Source of the DNA: Amoebidium appalachense
Lineage: Eukaryota; Protista; Ichthyosporea
Reading direction: 5' to 3'
NCBI GenBank assembly: GCA_963693365.1
Contig: CAVNZM010000001.1
Location: forward strand, 9,006,907-9,070,906
DNA: 64,000 nt
Numbering within the stretch: position 1 is the first letter of the stretch; every line of letters starts with the position of its first letter. Under the pieces are notes generated by a model. That model did no database searches. It was not told the DNA's origin and saw only the letters and a program-made list of their open reading frames with translations. A program made the translations under genes and the position numbers. Below are positions 61,500-64,000 of the stretch, piece by piece.

Positions 61500-62003
61500 A
61501 TGCAGTTGACCGCCATCGCCGCCGCCGCCCTCGCCTGCGCCTCCAGCGCCGAAGCTGTCGGCAACTGGGGATGGGGCCCCGCCGCGAACTGCCCTGCCGG
61601 CACCGTGGCGGCATGGTGGGGGTGGGGTGGCTGCGTCAGTGCCACTGCCGTTAACAACAACAACTGCCCCCAGGGCCAGGCCTGGTGGTGGTGGGGCTGC
61701 GGTGCCACCAACTGCCCCCCGGGCACCGAGTTCCGTGATTGGCGCACCGGGTGCGTTGTCCGCCCTGCGTGCGGCGCGGGTACCACATGGGGGGGTTGGG
61801 CCAATGGTTGTGTGAGGACCACCACTACTACCCGCGTTGCTTCTCGCCCTGCTCCGGCTCCTGCGGCTGTTAATGTGGGGACTCAGCCCGGTCGCGTCGC
61901 GGTTAACGTCGTCGCCCCTGGGCCGGCCGCCGCTGATAACGTGGATATTGTGGATGGCTCCGCGGATGTGGTTGACGGAGAGGTGGTGGACGGAACGGCT
62001 TAA
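61500..62003 (+). CDS. Small secreted Trp/Cys/Gly-rich repeat protein, 167 aa, intronless
   Basis: GC-rich ORF in an AT-rich context; aaaATG; signal peptide MQLTAIAAAALACASSAEA; four CxxG...W...GC repeats. Confidence 0.85.
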   Translation: MQLTAIAAAALACASSAEAVGNWGWGPAANCPAGTVAAWWGWGGCVSATAVNNNNCPQGQAWWWWGCGATNCPPGTEFRDWRTGCVVRPACGAGTTWGGWANGCVRTTTTTRVASRPAPAPAAVNVGTQPGRVAVNVVAPGPAAADNVDIVDGSADVVDGEVVDGTA

Positions 62004-63189
62004 AATCCGAATTCCGATTTTGTGAAACAAGAATTATGAATCTTGGCCCTACTCCCCGTTGTTGTGTTGTATGTTATATGCCTTATGAGGAAAAGTAGAT
62101 CTGTAGATATTCTGTTACTTATTATGAAAAGTTGTTTGTGCTTAGCAAGTTTTTTTACCATTATTCACGCACAAACCATTAGATGGTGGTGGTCCTTCAT
62201 TCACCTGGATTTAGCGTAATGGCCCTGGCGGCAAGCTGTATGCAAGAATAAACTCATTTTAAACCTTAGCTCAAGCGCACGACCTGGTTATGAAAAAGTC
62301 TTTGTATTCGTACATCTGCATGCATTTTAAATTTGTAGCCGTCCGTGCTTGCTTCCTTGTTTTACGATCCACACGTGTAGGGATGAGCATTGAGTGAAAG
62401 AGCTAAGACGCCTACCTTCACAATAATCGTGCACTGTAAAGGTTGTGGTGTGTGCATGTGTTTAAAAAGTAAGCCGCTGAAAGAATTATTTGCCCCCCCC
62501 CCAGGCCCGCGATCTCTTCTCTATCCGACCTGCCCCCTCCCAACCTCCCCCCTCTTTCCTTCCCTATCTCTCCCCTTCTTCCCGGGGACAAAATACAAAT
62601 AAATCCTGCAAAAGTGTGCGTGTGACTTTGGACTGCCACTTACTTGTTAGGCATGTACATAATCACAAAATAAATAATTACACAATAAGATACCACACGA
62701 TACTAGACCCGATGAAGGCAGACACCTTGAAAAACTAAGCCTTATGTCTCGTTTTATATATAATGACCGCCTAAATCATATTGCCAAATATGACACTCGC
62801 AAATGTGTAACACCTAAATACATATTACCTTCCTATAGAATTGGTCTTTCTTTAGCTGACGGTATTATTGACCACTTACCACGCTTTTACTGTACACGTG
62901 CCGTACAGTGGAGGTCTACTAAGTATAAGGTGGCATCGTTTGCATGCCCAAACAACACACACACACACCAGCTTAAACGGTCGTGTATTGCCGAATGTAG
63001 TTTGATAGATCACATAATACCGCAGCACACACACGACACATTCACAACAGACACCCAGAAAGATAGCTTACCTGAAAATTACAACATCCTTGATTTTATA
63101 CTAAACACACATAACTATGACCTGTTTATTAGATATATTGATTGGCTTGAGAAACACGTCATTACAAAACTCTAGCGCACGCACGCACG

Positions 63190-63368
<179 letters not shown>

Positions 63369-63490
63369 AACCACCCCCCTCACCCACAAGTACGCACTCA
63401 TTCCCCCCCCCCCGCCCCCCAACACAAACACCCCCCCCCCCTCCCCCCCCGGAGGCTCCTTCTCCCTACTCGCCCCCCTGCCCGCCCCCC

Positions 63491-63525
<35 letters not shown>

Positions 63526-63562
63526 CTCCCCCCCCCCCCCTCCCCCCCCCCCTCCCCGCCCA

Positions 63563-63707
63563 TGGCTTGTTTTCTCTTCCATTCTTTTGCTCCTCCTCGC
63601 TACTGGCCCAATCACCCTCGAGACATTTAATTATGCGCCCGTTGGTTGGTGGGTTGGCTCACCACACGTTTACTGGGCCTAAGTGTGTACATGATTCAGC
63701 AGAATAG
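63563..63707 (+). pseudogene. Degraded copy of the 3' end of the permease last exon
   Basis: tggcttgttttctcttccattcttttgctcct is identical to ~56243-56274; continues as TGPITLETFNY..GGLA..HTFTGPK with deletions and a frameshift. Confidence 0.8.
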
Positions 63708-64000
63708 CTTTCGGATTCTCATAGCTTATGTAATAGAAATTCTCTTGATCTGAGTATAGTGAACAATTAAAGACCGCAGCCTAAATGCTAGCCCATCCTC
63801 TGCTCTTCAGGCAACTAACTAGGGGTGAAATCGGCATGATAAGTTAATTACTCATGAGGGTGAATTTCGGCTGCAGCCAGCTAGAAAACGTTTCCAGACC
63901 CCCCTAACCACATGGACAAACTTAAACAATCGCAATTTTCATTTGTTTTTCAAAGTTTTTTTTTTTTTTTTTTTTGGTTTTTTTTTTTGTGTGTGTGTGT

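Noticed and set aside
62744-63175. 143-aa AT-rich ORF
   Set aside because: No recognisable motif, codon style unlike the supported genes, and it contains CA-repeat remnants.

Overview
Eukaryotic, intron-rich, microsatellite-dense genomic window; an opisthokont, possibly a unicellular holozoan such as an ichthyosporean (inference from intron positions and protein style, not proven). Nearly all ORFs in the supplied track are artefacts of poly-G/C, (CA)n and (CT)n tracts. By splicing by hand I recover three frame-consistent genes: phosphoglycerate kinase (5 coding exons, 416 aa), mitochondrial Glu-tRNA(Gln) amidotransferase subunit A/QRSL1 (15 exons, 513 aa, one GC-AG intron) and an APC-family amino-acid/GABA/polyamine permease (5 exons, 523 aa). 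Also present: two tandem, frameshifted F-box/LRR paralogues on the minus strand, two intronless secreted Cys-rich orphan proteins, a permease pseudogene fragment and three MITE-like elements. The most unusual signals are (i) a dispersed 70-250 bp repeat family, about 12 copies, anchored on a poly(C) tract at one fixed end, variably truncated at the other, carrying a conserved hairpin and oriented the same way relative to the confirmed host genes; and (ii) an intron architecture in which poly(C) follows donors, (CA)n replaces the polypyrimidine tract, and complementary microsatellite blocks sit at opposite intron ends or around an exon. Homopolymer lengths and single-base indels may be long-read assembly errors.
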